A DNA stretch of 64,000 bases, from positions 10,832-74,831 of the forward strand of contig MNWT01000014.1 of the NCBI GenBank assembly GCA_001872735.1, written 5' to 3'. Below, piece by piece: positions 1 to 9,407 of this stretch. Every line of letters starts with the position of its first letter. Position 1 is the stretch's first letter. Under the pieces are notes generated by a model. It was not told the origin of the DNA. It saw only the letters and a list, made by a program, of their open reading frames with translations, and made no database searches. Both the position numbers and the translations under genes were made by a program. The DNA comes from Verrucomicrobia bacterium CG1_02_43_26. GTDB lineage: Bacteria; Verrucomicrobiota; Verrucomicrobiia; Opitutales; CG1-02-43-26.

Positions 1-298
1 ACGCGTTAGTGTTGGCACCCTTAGCATGAATATCATTACTGATTTTTTTGTAGTCTCTTTTATCAGTCCCCTTAAAGAGCATGTGCTCTACGTAATGAGA
101 TATGCCCGAGCCAAGGAAACGATCCTCATGTATGCTGCCTGTTTTAACCCAAAGTTGAGTTGAAACGATTTCCGCACTATGGTTTTCTTTGGCAATAACG
201 GTTAGGCCATTAGTTAATTGAAAACGCAGAACCTCCTCATCAAGAAGGGTATCAACAATGTTATCTAAATTATCTGCGGTGGCCTGTTTTTTTACCAT
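1..298 (-). CDS. M16-family (pitrilysin/insulinase-like) zinc peptidase, N-terminal part; the gene runs off the left edge
   Basis: Reverse-strand frame starts at ATG 298-296 (MVKKQATADNL...) and stays open to base 1. My hand translation gives ...RFLGSGISHYVEHMLFKGTD, which contains the inverted zinc motif HxxEH. It is absent from the ORF track because it is truncated. Confidence 0.55.
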   Translation of the reverse strand, partial: MVKKQATADNLDNIVDTLLDEEVLRFQLTNGLTVIAKENHSAEIVSTQLWVKTGSIHEDRFLGSGISHYVEHMLFKGTDKRDYKKISNDIHAKGANTNA

Positions 299-418
299 AG
301 GTGCTATTTGTAGCAGATATGTTTTGGTTGGTAAAATACTTTCCCGCTTATAGGGATAAAAAAGACCCTCATACTCAATGGAATAGGAGGGTCCTGTTTT
401 ATTCTTGTAAATGATTAC

Positions 419-790
419 CTAAGCAACGTAGCTTTGGGGTAAGTTTGCTGGGATGTCTAAGCCGCGAGAATTATGACGACGTTTTACACGCAATAATCTG
501 GCTCGACGCCTGAGCTTTCTATCCAGTTTTTGAATCATTTGATCGATTGATTTATATAAATCATCGGTGGATTCTGTTACAATCATGTCAGGCCCATTAA
601 TTTCTATATGACCTTTTGCCATGAACTCGCCATGACGCTCTTTTTTATGATTGTATCCGAGTTCTACACGCACTCGAATGATTCTATCCTCATGGCGAAA
701 CAGTTTTTCAACTTTTTCACGAACCATGCTTTTTAGCGCTTCTGTCAGGTCCATATGGACACCGGATAGGATGATCTCTTTATTTGTCAT
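419..790 (-). CDS. hpf: ribosome hibernation promoting factor (HPF/RaiA family, short form with Arg-rich tail)
   Basis: 123-aa ORF. The pattern LTEALKSMVREKVEKL...RVRVEL...GHIEINGPDMIVTESTDDLYKSIDQMIQKLDRKL is typical of the S30EA/HPF fold. AGGAG Shine-Dalgarno upstream. Confidence 0.85.
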   Translation of the reverse strand: MTNKEIILSGVHMDLTEALKSMVREKVEKLFRHEDRIIRVRVELGYNHKKERHGEFMAKGHIEINGPDMIVTESTDDLYKSIDQMIQKLDRKLRRRARLLRVKRRHNSRGLDIPANLPQSYVA

Positions 791-856
791 TCGTTTTGCT
801 CCTTATTTTTGGGTTGTGGATAAAAAATTGATTTACAGGAACCGGGATAACTTATT

Positions 857-1672
857 ATGTATGTTACCATGATTCAAGAATACTCCCCCTCGAACTTCCC
901 TTTTGTGATCATTACTGGTGGTTCTTCCGGCATTGGTAAAGAATTCCTTCACTCTTTCCTTAATATACCCCATGAAGGTACTGTTTTCAACATTTCTCGA
1001 AGAAAACCTGAATTTTCTTTCATGCCAAAACGGCCATTTGAGCATTTTTCTTGTGATTTAAATTCCTTAGGGAATCTTGAAAGCACTGTTCAAAAGATCA
1101 TCGAGCGTATCGAATCATCTTCCGTAAAAGGGCCTATTTTGGTTGTAAATAACAGTGGTTTCGGAAGTTATGGCCATTTTGATCAGCTGGATATTGCACA
1201 TGAATTAAGCATGGTTGATGTAAACATAAAAGCAGTAATATCGTTGACTCATCGATTGTTACCCCTTTTGAAAAAGCAGTCTGGTGCCCTTATTAATATA
1301 TCATCTGTAGCTGGTTATGTTCCGATTCCAAACATAGCAACTTATGCCGCATCTAAGGCTTTTATCTTACATTGGGGGTTAGCGTTAAATGCAGAGCTTA
1401 AGGGGACTGATGTCCATGTTCTTACTGTTTGTCCTGGTCGTACAGAAACAGCATTTTTTGATAAACCGGCTATGGGTAATCGCACGGCTCGTAAAAGTTC
1501 TGGGCAAAAACCTGAAGATGTCGTGAAAGAGTCCTTCTGTGCACTCAAAAAGAGAAAGCCTGTATTGGTATGCGGTGCGAAAAATAAGCTGTTTGCATTT
1601 GTAACTTCAAAGATGCCAAAAGCTTTGTTTACCAGTGTTGCAGGTTTTGTTCTTGGAAGGAAAAAGCGTTAG
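857..1672 (+). CDS. short-chain dehydrogenase/reductase (SDR) family oxidoreductase
   Basis: TGGSSGIG cofactor-binding motif near the N-terminus and a YAASK catalytic motif. 271 aa. Confidence 0.8.
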   Translation: MYVTMIQEYSPSNFPFVIITGGSSGIGKEFLHSFLNIPHEGTVFNISRRKPEFSFMPKRPFEHFSCDLNSLGNLESTVQKIIERIESSSVKGPILVVNNSGFGSYGHFDQLDIAHELSMVDVNIKAVISLTHRLLPLLKKQSGALINISSVAGYVPIPNIATYAASKAFILHWGLALNAELKGTDVHVLTVCPGRTETAFFDKPAMGNRTARKSSGQKPEDVVKESFCALKKRKPVLVCGAKNKLFAFVTSKMPKALFTSVAGFVLGRKKR

Positions 1673-1771
1673 TCTGCGCTAGATTGGTATCGTTTTAAGA
1701 ACTGACTCTCGTATGCTATTGACGAAGCTGCATGCATTGTCTATGGTAATGCAAATTTACTAAAAATTGCA

Positions 1772-2527
1772 ATGCTACCATTTCAACGTCCCGATTATCG
1801 TAAAGAAGAAGAATTAAGACACATAAGTATAGAGACCGGCTTTGCGCCCTATGCTCATGGTTCTGCCCTCATAAGCTTTGATAATACGAAAGTTATATGT
1901 TCTGCGATCCTTGAGAACAAGGTGCCTCGGTGGATGATTCAGCAAGGGGTTGAAGGTGGATGGATATCGGCTGAGTATTCAATGCTTCCCTATAGTACGT
2001 TAGACAGGAAACAGCGTGATATTACTCGTGGCAAGCTTGATGGTCGTACTGTTGAGATACAGCGAATGATTGGTAGAGCGCTGAGAGCTGTCGTTAACCT
2101 TAAAAAGCTGTCCGGTTTTACATTGTGGATTGACTGTGACGTGATCCAGGCAGATGGGGGAACGCGTACCGCGGCCATTAACGGCGCGTATGTAGCGGCG
2201 CGTTTGGCTGTTCAAAAAGCCATGATCGATGGAAAGCTCAAAGAAGATCCCTTTACGGGAGTAGTTTCCGCTATAAGCGTTGGTGTGTATCAGGATGTAC
2301 CCGTACTTGATTTAAACTATGTGGAAGACAAGAACGCTACCGTAGATTTCAATGTCGTGATGACGGACAGTGGAGAATTTATTGAAATTCAGGGTGCAGG
2401 TGAAGGGGCGACTTTTCCGGAAGAGCAATTGCATAGTCTGCTTTCATTGGCCAAAAAAGGCATTTCAAAAATCAGCCATTTGCAACTAGATGCTATTAAG
2501 AATAATTCTAAATTAAAATCCAACTAA
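1772..2527 (+). CDS. rph: ribonuclease PH
   Basis: Full-length collinear similarity to RNase PH ([49 protein letters not shown]). Confidence 0.95.
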   Translation: MLPFQRPDYRKEEELRHISIETGFAPYAHGSALISFDNTKVICSAILENKVPRWMIQQGVEGGWISAEYSMLPYSTLDRKQRDITRGKLDGRTVEIQRMIGRALRAVVNLKKLSGFTLWIDCDVIQADGGTRTAAINGAYVAARLAVQKAMIDGKLKEDPFTGVVSAISVGVYQDVPVLDLNYVEDKNATVDFNVVMTDSGEFIEIQGAGEGATFPEEQLHSLLSLAKKGISKISHLQLDAIKNNSKLKSN

Positions 2528-2594
2528 CGCTTTTAAATTTAGTCTTGTAATTCAAACAGGGCTGCTATTAACTATTTTTTTACCGAAATTTAAT

Positions 2595-3782
2595 ATGAAT
2601 ATTCACGAATACCAAGCTAAACAACTATTTGAAGAATATGGAGTGCCTGTTGCTAAAGGTACTGCTGTTAAAGCTCCAGACCAGTTCCCTTCTGCTCTTT
2701 CTGAGTTCTCGGAAGGCATGCTTGTTGTGAAATCTCAAATTCATGCTGGTGGTAGAGGTAAGGGCACATTTGTAGATGGCTACAAAGGTGGAGTAAAGCT
2801 TGCCAAATCTAAAGATGAGGCACGTGAGATTGCCCATGCAATGCTGGGAAATACGTTAGTAACCCATCAAACAGGTTCTGAGGGTAGGAAAGTTCAAACG
2901 GTTTATTTTACGGAAGCCAATGATATTGAAAAAGAATATTATCTTGCTATTTTATTGGATCGCGCTACTTCGAAACACATCATAATCGCTTCAACTGAAG
3001 GCGGCGTGGATATCGAAACGGTTGCAGAGGAGACCCCTGAGAAGATTATCAAAATCAGTATCGATCCGTTGTTAGGTTTAATGCCATATCAGGCTCGTGA
3101 AGTTGCTTTTGGTCTCGGCTTTGAATCGGATCAAGTAAAGCAGATGGTGAAACTTCTATTGAACCTTTATCGGCTGTATGCAGAGAAGGATTGTTCAATG
3201 GTTGAGATTAATCCCTTGATTACCACACCTGCTGGCCTAGTACTGGCTTTAGATGCTAAAGTGTCTTTTGATGACAATGCTCTTTTCCGCCACCGCGATA
3301 TACAAAACCTACGCGATCTCAATGAAGAAGATCCTAAGGAAATAGAAGCCTCGAAAGCAGAGCTCAATTATATAGCCCTAGATGGTAACATTGCCTGCAT
3401 GGTTAATGGAGCAGGCCTAGCGATGGCAACGATGGATATTATTAAGTATTTTGGAGGAAATCCTGCGAACTTTCTTGATGTTGGCGGAGGTGCTAACGAG
3501 GAGCAAGTAACAGCAGCGTTTAACATTATTTTATCAGATAAAAATGTTAAAGGTATTTTGGTGAATATTTTTGGAGGCATCATGCGGTGTGATGTGATTG
3601 CAAAAGGCATTATTGCCGCAGCAAAGAATGTGAGTATTTCTGTTCCTCTAGTTGTGAGGTTAGAAGGTACAAATGTGGACGCGGGGAAGAAACTGCTTGA
3701 AGAGAGTGGCCTTTCTTTAACCTCGGCATCATCGTTAGCAGAAGCCGCTCAAAAAATAGTGGCCCTTGTTGCGGGTAAGTAA
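2595..3782 (+). CDS. sucC: succinyl-CoA synthetase (ADP-forming) beta subunit
   Basis: [12 protein letters not shown] start, ATP-grasp region, [11 protein letters not shown] and [10 protein letters not shown] motifs. Followed directly by sucD. Confidence 0.95.
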   Translation: MNIHEYQAKQLFEEYGVPVAKGTAVKAPDQFPSALSEFSEGMLVVKSQIHAGGRGKGTFVDGYKGGVKLAKSKDEAREIAHAMLGNTLVTHQTGSEGRKVQTVYFTEANDIEKEYYLAILLDRATSKHIIIASTEGGVDIETVAEETPEKIIKISIDPLLGLMPYQAREVAFGLGFESDQVKQMVKLLLNLYRLYAEKDCSMVEINPLITTPAGLVLALDAKVSFDDNALFRHRDIQNLRDLNEEDPKEIEASKAELNYIALDGNIACMVNGAGLAMATMDIIKYFGGNPANFLDVGGGANEEQVTAAFNIILSDKNVKGILVNIFGGIMRCDVIAKGIIAAAKNVSISVPLVVRLEGTNVDAGKKLLEESGLSLTSASSLAEAAQKIVALVAGK

Positions 3783-3821
3783 TGAGTTATCAATGTTTAG
3801 AATAAAATCAGGAATTTAAAA

Positions 3822-4703
3822 ATGAGTATACTTGCAGATAAAGATACACGCCTTGTTGTACAGGGTATCACGGGTAATTCAGGTAGTTTCCACGCTTCAC
3901 AGTGCATGGCCTATGGCACAAAGCTGGTTGCGGGAGTTACCCCTGGTAAGGGCGGGCAAAAGTTTGAAAATAGCGTGCCTATCTTCAATACTGTGAGAGA
4001 TGCAGTAGAAAAAGAGGGTGCTAATGCTTCGGTTATTTTTGTTCCTCCACCGTTTGCTGCAGACTCTATTTTGGAAGCGCTAGATGCAGGTATAAAATTG
4101 ATAGTATGTATCACTGAGGGTATACCGGTCCAAGATATGGCGCGAGTGAAGACTAAACTTGAAGGATCTGATGCGCATCTCATTGGGCCGAATTGTCCAG
4201 GCATTATTACCCCTGGAGCACAATGTAAAATTGGTATTATGCCAGGTTACATTCATAAGCCAGGATCGGTTGGTATTGTATCTCGTTCAGGAACATTAAC
4301 TTACGAGGCTGTGTGGCAGCTTACTTGTGCTGGTTATGGGCAATCTACCTGTATTGGTATCGGTGGAGATCCCGTTGTCGGGACAACACATACAGATGCG
4401 GTCAAATTATTTAATGAGGATCCAGAAACGGAAGCTATCATTATGATTGGTGAAATCGGTGGTGATGCCGAAGAGGAAGCTGCTTTGTTTATAAAAAACC
4501 ACGTTAAAAAGCCAGTTGTCGCCTTTATTGCTGGTGCAACTGCTCCTGCCGGAAGAAGAATGGGACATGCCGGCGCTATCATATCGGGTAACAAAGGTAC
4601 CGCGGAAGCGAAAATTGCGGCATTAAAGGATGCTGGAATTGCGATTGCACCTACACCTTCTGATATCGCAAAAACTTTGCAAGGAATTTACTCTTACTCG
4701 TAA
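3822..4703 (+). CDS. sucD: succinyl-CoA synthetase alpha subunit
   Basis: [15 protein letters not shown] and phosphohistidine-loop GHAGAII motifs. 293 aa. Confidence 0.95.
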   Translation: MSILADKDTRLVVQGITGNSGSFHASQCMAYGTKLVAGVTPGKGGQKFENSVPIFNTVRDAVEKEGANASVIFVPPPFAADSILEALDAGIKLIVCITEGIPVQDMARVKTKLEGSDAHLIGPNCPGIITPGAQCKIGIMPGYIHKPGSVGIVSRSGTLTYEAVWQLTCAGYGQSTCIGIGGDPVVGTTHTDAVKLFNEDPETEAIIMIGEIGGDAEEEAALFIKNHVKKPVVAFIAGATAPAGRRMGHAGAIISGNKGTAEAKIAALKDAGIAIAPTPSDIAKTLQGIYSYS

Positions 4704-4879
4704 GTTGTGTGTAGATTATTTTTCCTTTTTTTAGTACGTAAGTCATTATTTGCGTTGTTTTCGGGCAATTCTTCCAATTTTTTAATTAAATAATCATTAA
4801 AACTGAGATCCAGTGAATCTGACAAGCAATTTATTTTTTCCAAGAGGTTATGGGGGATTTGAAGGATAATTTTTTCCAT
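4694..4879 (-). CDS. small ribbon-helix-helix (CopG/Arc-like) protein, putative
   Basis: Internal ATG (4879) of the 97-aa track ORF gives a 61-aa product, [37 protein letters not shown]..., with a beta-strand/helix/helix RHH pattern. AT-rich. Its 3' end overlaps the sucD stop by 10 nt (convergent). Confidence 0.35.
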   Translation of the reverse strand: MEKIILQIPHNLLEKINCLSDSLDLSFNDYLIKKLEELPENNANNDLRTKKRKNNLHTTYE

Positions 4880-4960
4880 AGGGGTGATAAGGTTTACCGT
4901 ATTAATTTTGGTTATTTTTTGATAATTTTCAATTAAATATTTGCAAATATATATCCTAAT

Positions 4961-5173
4961 ATGTCTGATAACAAAAAAAAATCGCATGAAAGAGCGCCTG
5001 GTATGACACAGGTCTCTATAAGCATACCAAAACGCCTAGTCGATAAGGTAGACCGACTGGCTAAAGTTGAACGGCGAAGTCGTTCAAATTACATCGTGAA
5101 GGTTTTAGAGGATATTCCTGAAGAAATATACCTCGAAGCCGCAGAAAGAGAAGAGCAGTTTGTAGCTCATTGA
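4961..5173 (+). CDS. ribbon-helix-helix (CopG family) DNA-binding protein
   Basis: 70 aa. VSISIPKRLVDKVDRLAKVERRSRSNYIVKVLED is a textbook RHH motif. Divergent from the other small RHH ORF. Confidence 0.5.
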   Translation: MSDNKKKSHERAPGMTQVSISIPKRLVDKVDRLAKVERRSRSNYIVKVLEDIPEEIYLEAAEREEQFVAH

Positions 5174-5248
5174 TTATTCGATGAGTTATGGATTTTAAGT
5201 TAAAAAGAGGCTCGTACAGAGTCAGCAAAAGAATTTATCAGTGGGCTG

Positions 5249-6175
5249 TCATCCTCTAGGATGAGCCTTCTGATGAATTTGTTTGAGTTTCAAGCTATCT
5301 ACATGCGTGTAGACTTGGGTAGATGATAGGCTCGAATGGCCTAATAACTCTTGAAGTAATCTTAAATCGGCACCATGGTTTAACATATGTGTCGCGAAGG
5401 AATGCCTTATTTTGTGCGGGGTAATGTCTTGGGGTAGATTTGAAAAGCGAAGGTGATTCTTTATAAGCTTTTGAATGCCAGATATTTGTATTCTTTTCTT
5501 GTTATTCCCCAGGAGGATTGCATCTGTAGCAATGGATTCAGGAGCAAAAATACTTTGAAAATGCTTTAAGCAGGCTAGTGCAACTTTTCCCAATGGGCAA
5601 ATTCGCTCTTTATTTCCTTTTCCGATAATCCTAGCGGTTCCATCGGCGAAATTAACATCACTGTAGTTAAGATTTGCAGCCTCACTCACGCGTAGTCCTC
5701 CCCCATATATAAGCTCCAATACCAATCGATCTCGCCAAGCCTCGAAAGGGGAGATTTCTTCGTTTTTAAGCATAGTTAGCGGGGATTGGAGGAGTAATGC
5801 TATCTGCTTCTCTGTTAAGAATTTTGGGAGCATTTTTTCAACTTTAGGCAGGGGGATGCCTATGGCTGGATTTGAGACGAGGTGTTTGTGCTTGAGCAGA
5901 TATTGAAAAAAGGCACGAATAGCTGAGATATGGTTATGCAAGGTTCGTCTGGAAAGTGTTTTTTGGGATTCAATGACATAATCCCGTAGAATTTTAGAAG
6001 TAATTGAGGTAAGGCTAGCATTTCCGGTGTTGTACTTACTGTGCCAAGCGAGGAAGTCTCTTATGGCTTGGTGGTAGTTTCGCTGAGTGTATTTCGAGTA
6101 CTGCCGTTCATAATGTAGGTAATTGATGAATTGCTCTAAGAGTTCAATTGCAGGTTTATGCTCGGGATTATCCAT
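5249..6175 (-). CDS. tyrosine site-specific recombinase, XerC/XerD family
   Basis: 308 aa. N-terminal SAM-like core-binding domain and C-terminal catalytic residues (GLRVSE..., HKIRHSFATHML, LGHSSLSSTQVYTH). Confidence 0.85.
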   Translation of the reverse strand: MDNPEHKPAIELLEQFINYLHYERQYSKYTQRNYHQAIRDFLAWHSKYNTGNASLTSITSKILRDYVIESQKTLSRRTLHNHISAIRAFFQYLLKHKHLVSNPAIGIPLPKVEKMLPKFLTEKQIALLLQSPLTMLKNEEISPFEAWRDRLVLELIYGGGLRVSEAANLNYSDVNFADGTARIIGKGNKERICPLGKVALACLKHFQSIFAPESIATDAILLGNNKKRIQISGIQKLIKNHLRFSNLPQDITPHKIRHSFATHMLNHGADLRLLQELLGHSSLSSTQVYTHVDSLKLKQIHQKAHPRG

Positions 6176-6192
6176 TTCACATAGTCATGAGT

Positions 6193-6218
6193 AAAAAAAT
6201 CAAAAAAATCAAAAAAAT
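6193..6218. repeat. three A7 tracts phased at 9 bp (AAAAAAATC x3), immediately upstream of the first flagellin promoter
   Basis: Read directly: gtAAAAAAAtcAAAAAAAtcAAAAAAAtaa. A possible UP-element or curved DNA. Confidence 0.8.
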
Positions 6219-6221
6219 AAT

Positions 6222-6248
6222 TAAAGTATATTTTTTGCCCGCCGATAT
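6222..6248 (+). promoter_or_regulatory. sigma-28 (FliA)-type promoter, flagellin copy 1
   Basis: TAAAGTAT-N11-GCCGATAT versus consensus TAAAGTTT-N11-GCCGATAA. Confidence 0.65.
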
Positions 6249-6334
6249 TAAGGTTGACGGAAAAAAGGAAGCTAACCTTCAAAAATAGCCCTCGGTAATA
6301 GGGAATTACCAAAACAATCAAGGAGGATAACGCA

Positions 6335-7141
6335 ATGTCAGGAATAATCATTAACACGAACATATCTGCAGTAGATGCAACAAATAACTTAAATAGAAGC
6401 AATACTGCGCTACAAAAAAGCTTAAACCGTTTATCTAGCGGTTCCAAAATTATATCACCTGCCGATGACGCTGGTGGTTTGGCTGTATCCATGAAAATGT
6501 CAGCAGCCCTTAAGCGCAACATGGTCACACAAGATAATATAGCAAATGCTGTATCGTTCTTGCAGACTCAAGACGGTTCTTTGAAAACCGCTGGCAAAAT
6601 CATGGAGCGTATATCAGAATTAGCCACACTCTATAGTGACCCTACTAAAAGTTCTACGGACAAGTCAAACTACTCAACGGAGTTTAATCAACTAACATCT
6701 CAGTTAACACAGATTCAAGCAGAATCCTTTAACGGGGTTAGCATGTTTGCTACATCCAGTAGTAGTTTGAGTGTGAGTATAAATGAGGATGGCACTCAGT
6801 CTGTTAATGTTACAAAAGCTAATTTAAATAGCTCTGTGACGACAATTACGTCTGCTACAACGCTTTCAGGTATTACGGTTGCCGATACAACTTCAGGTAT
6901 CAACAGTATCGCTACACTACGAGCCACCAACGGTGCACAGACAAATCGTTTACAATTCGCCGCTGATTTGCTCGTAGTTAATAAAGTTAACCTTGAGTCT
7001 GCTAATAGCCGTATTTTGGATACCGACATCGCGCAAGAATCAACTAATTTTGCAAGGCTAAACATACTGGTACAATCGGGAGCAGCTATGTTGTCGCAAG
7101 CAAATGCATCTGCCCAGGTAGCGTTAAAACTCCTAGGGTAA
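6335..7141 (+). CDS. fliC: flagellin (short, 268 aa), copy 1
   Basis: N-terminal NRLSSG.KI..ADDAGGLAVS and C-terminal SRI.DTDIAQEST....NILVQSGAAMLSQAN flagellin D0/D1 signatures. AAGGAGGA Shine-Dalgarno. Confidence 0.9.
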   Translation: MSGIIINTNISAVDATNNLNRSNTALQKSLNRLSSGSKIISPADDAGGLAVSMKMSAALKRNMVTQDNIANAVSFLQTQDGSLKTAGKIMERISELATLYSDPTKSSTDKSNYSTEFNQLTSQLTQIQAESFNGVSMFATSSSSLSVSINEDGTQSVNVTKANLNSSVTTITSATTLSGITVADTTSGINSIATLRATNGAQTNRLQFAADLLVVNKVNLESANSRILDTDIAQESTNFARLNILVQSGAAMLSQANASAQVALKLLG

Positions 7142-7171
7142 ATCCTGGCTACTGAAAACGAAAATCCCGTC

Positions 7172-7205
7172 AAAAAAGCCTCTTTTTATGAAAGAGGCTT
7201 TTTTG
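7172..7205 (+). terminator. intrinsic terminator after flagellin copy 1
   Basis: aaaaaaGCCTCTTTttatgAAAGAGGCtttttt hairpin followed by a T-run. Confidence 0.8.
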
Positions 7206-7241
7206 TATCCAAAAATAAAATACAAAATTTTAAAAAAAACT

Positions 7242-7268
7242 TAAGAAACTAACGCTTTTTACGATTAT
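7242..7268 (+). promoter_or_regulatory. sigma-28-type promoter, flagellin copy 2 (weakest match)
   Basis: TAAGAAAC-N11-ACGATTAT, with the same geometry as the other three copies. Confidence 0.45.
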
Positions 7269-7367
7269 ATAGTTACGCAAAAATAAATTGCACAAGGGTG
7301 CCAATCCCTTAATCAAAATGGACCTCGGTAATAGGGAATTGCCAAAAAAATCAAGGAGGATAAGACA

Positions 7368-8174
7368 ATGTCAGGAATAATCATTAACACCAATATATCT
7401 GCGGTTGACGCAACCAATAATCTGAACCGCAGTAACTCATCTCTACAAAAGAGCTTAAATCGCTTGTCCAGCGGTTTTAAAATTATATCACCTGCCGATG
7501 ACGCAGGTGGTTTAGCTGTGTCTATGAAAATGTCAGCAGCTCTTAAGCGTAATAGTGTTACTCAGGATAATATAGCGAATGCTGTATCGTTCTTGCAGAC
7601 ACAAGATGGTGCGCTGAAGACAGCCGGTAAAATTATGGAACGTATCTCTGAATTGAGCACACTTTATAGTGACCCAACAAAGAGCTCTACTGACAAAGCG
7701 AACTATTCAACCGAGTTCAATCAGTTGACATCGCAGTTAACACAAATACAAGCTGAAGCCTTCAACGGAGTCAGTATGTTTGCGACCTCTTCTAGCAGTC
7801 TGACAGTTGCCATTACGGAAGACGGTTCACAAAGTGTTAGTGTAGCAAAAGCAAACTTGAATAGCGGCGTCAGTACCATAACAGCTGCTACGACACTATC
7901 CGGTATCACCGTTTCAAATACGAGCACAGCGATCAATAGTATCGCCACGTTGCGTGCTACCAATGGTGCGCAAACAAATCGATTGCAGTTCGCATCTGAT
8001 TTGCTCGTTGTTAATAAAGTTAATCTTGAGGCTGCCAATAGCCGTATCATCGATACTGATATCGCGCAAGAATCTACAAACTTCGCTCGATATAATATAC
8101 TCGTACAGTCCGGAGCTGCAATGCTCTCACAGGCGAATGCTTCTTCTCAAATTGCGTTAAAACTCCTAGGATAA
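7368..8174 (+). CDS. fliC: flagellin (268 aa), copy 2
   Basis: Same signatures as copy 1. I count 28 aa differences from copy 1 by hand alignment. Confidence 0.9.
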   Translation: MSGIIINTNISAVDATNNLNRSNSSLQKSLNRLSSGFKIISPADDAGGLAVSMKMSAALKRNSVTQDNIANAVSFLQTQDGALKTAGKIMERISELSTLYSDPTKSSTDKANYSTEFNQLTSQLTQIQAEAFNGVSMFATSSSSLTVAITEDGSQSVSVAKANLNSGVSTITAATTLSGITVSNTSTAINSIATLRATNGAQTNRLQFASDLLVVNKVNLEAANSRIIDTDIAQESTNFARYNILVQSGAAMLSQANASSQIALKLLG

Positions 8175-8203
8175 ATCCTGATCGCAGTTATCCCAATCCC
8201 GTC

Positions 8204-8238
8204 AAAAGCCCCTTTCTTAAGGGGCTTTTTCTTTTTTT
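8204..8238 (+). terminator. intrinsic terminator after flagellin copy 2
   Basis: AGCCCCTTtcttAAGGGGCT hairpin followed by tttttcttttttt. Confidence 0.8.
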
Positions 8239-8253
8239 AGTTTATAAACAAGC

Positions 8254-8280
8254 TAAAGTTTTTCATTTAAAAGACGATTG
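8254..8280 (+). promoter_or_regulatory. sigma-28-type promoter, flagellin copy 3
   Basis: TAAAGTTT-N11-GACGATTG. Confidence 0.6.
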
Positions 8281-8381
8281 TATAGCTATCAGGATCTATG
8301 TTCTGAAAAGGGTGCCAGTCCCTTAATAAAATGGCCCTCGGTAATAGGGAATTGCCAAAAAAAATCAAGGAGGATACCAAA

Positions 8382-9188
8382 ATGTCCGGAATAATCATCA
8401 ACACCAATATATCTGCGGTAGATGCAACCAATAATCTTAATCGCAGTAATTCATCTCTACAAAAGAGCTTAAACCGCTTGTCCAGTGGTTTTAAAATCAT
8501 ATCACCTGCAGATGACGCTGGTGGTTTGGCTGTATCCATGAAAATGTCCGCAGCACTTAAACGTAACATGGTCACGCAAGATAATGTAGCGAATGCTGTA
8601 TCATTCTTGCAGACACAGGATGGTTCGTTAAAGACTGCAGGTAAAATCATGGAACGTATCTCTGAGTTATCGGCACTATACAGTGACGTGACAAAGAGTT
8701 CTACAGACAAATCAAACTACTCAACCGAATTCAATCAGTTGACGTCACAGTTAACACAAATACAAGCTGAGGCCTTCAATGGTGTTAGTATGTTTGCGAC
8801 CTCTTCTAGCAGTCTTACGGTTGCCATTACGGAAGATGGATCACAAAGTGTGAGTGTTACAAAATCTAATCTGAACAGTGCCGTTAGTACCATAACAGCT
8901 GCTACAACACTATCTGGTATTACAGTTGCGAATACAAGTACAGCCATTAATAATATTGCTACCTTGCGTTCTACAAATGGTGCGCAAACAAATCGTTTGC
9001 AGTTTGCGTCTGATCTGCTCGTGGTTAATAAAGTTAATCTCGAGGCCGCAAATAGCCGTATCATCGATACTGATATTGCGCAAGAATCTACAAACTTCGC
9101 TCGGTATAACATACTGGTACAATCGGGAGCCGCAATGCTTTCTCAAGCAAATTCATCTTCGCAAATTGCGTTGCGTTTGCTTGGTTAA
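8382..9188 (+). CDS. fliC: flagellin (268 aa), copy 3
   Basis: Start placed at MSGIIINTN (8382), behind the AAGGAGGA Shine-Dalgarno as in the other copies. The track ORF start at 8331 is the conserved leader that happens to be in frame. I count 15 aa differences from copy 2 by hand. Confidence 0.9.
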   Translation: MSGIIINTNISAVDATNNLNRSNSSLQKSLNRLSSGFKIISPADDAGGLAVSMKMSAALKRNMVTQDNVANAVSFLQTQDGSLKTAGKIMERISELSALYSDVTKSSTDKSNYSTEFNQLTSQLTQIQAEAFNGVSMFATSSSSLTVAITEDGSQSVSVTKSNLNSAVSTITAATTLSGITVANTSTAINNIATLRSTNGAQTNRLQFASDLLVVNKVNLEAANSRIIDTDIAQESTNFARYNILVQSGAAMLSQANSSSQIALRLLG

Positions 9189-9216
9189 TCCTGATCGCAG
9201 TTATCCCAATCCCGTC

Positions 9217-9250
9217 AAAGGCCTCTTTTCGAAGAGGCCTTTTGCTTTTT
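9217..9250 (+). terminator. intrinsic terminator after flagellin copy 3
   Basis: AAAGGCCTCTTttcgAAGAGGCCTTT hairpin followed by a T-rich tail. Confidence 0.8.
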
Positions 9251-9272
9251 CAGTTTTAACTATAAAAAAAGT

Positions 9273-9299
9273 TAAAGTTATTTAATATGTGGACGATTT
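9273..9299 (+). promoter_or_regulatory. sigma-28-type promoter, flagellin copy 4
   Basis: TAAAGTTA-N11-GACGATTT. Confidence 0.6.
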
Positions 9300-9407
9300 A
9301 TAAAACATCAGGGCTAATAGGCTCTGACAAGGGCGCCAATCCCTTAATCAAATGGCCCTCGGTAATAGGGAATTACCTGAAAAATCAATCAAGGAGGATA
9401 TAATCAC

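Noticed and set aside
5249-6334. The XerC/D-type recombinase as a phase-variation invertase for the adjacent flagellin promoter.
   Set aside because: I found no inverted repeats bracketing the 6176-6334 promoter region, and the protein looks like a canonical chromosomal Xer recombinase. I kept only a low-interest note on the neighbourhood.
8331-8381. The track ORF starts the third flagellin at 8331 (MALGNRELPKKIKEDTK-MSG...).
   Set aside because: That N-terminal extension is the conserved untranslated leader (hairpin 2 plus the Shine-Dalgarno AAGGAGGA) that happens to be in frame in this copy. The other three copies start at MSG(I/V)IINTN right after the same Shine-Dalgarno.
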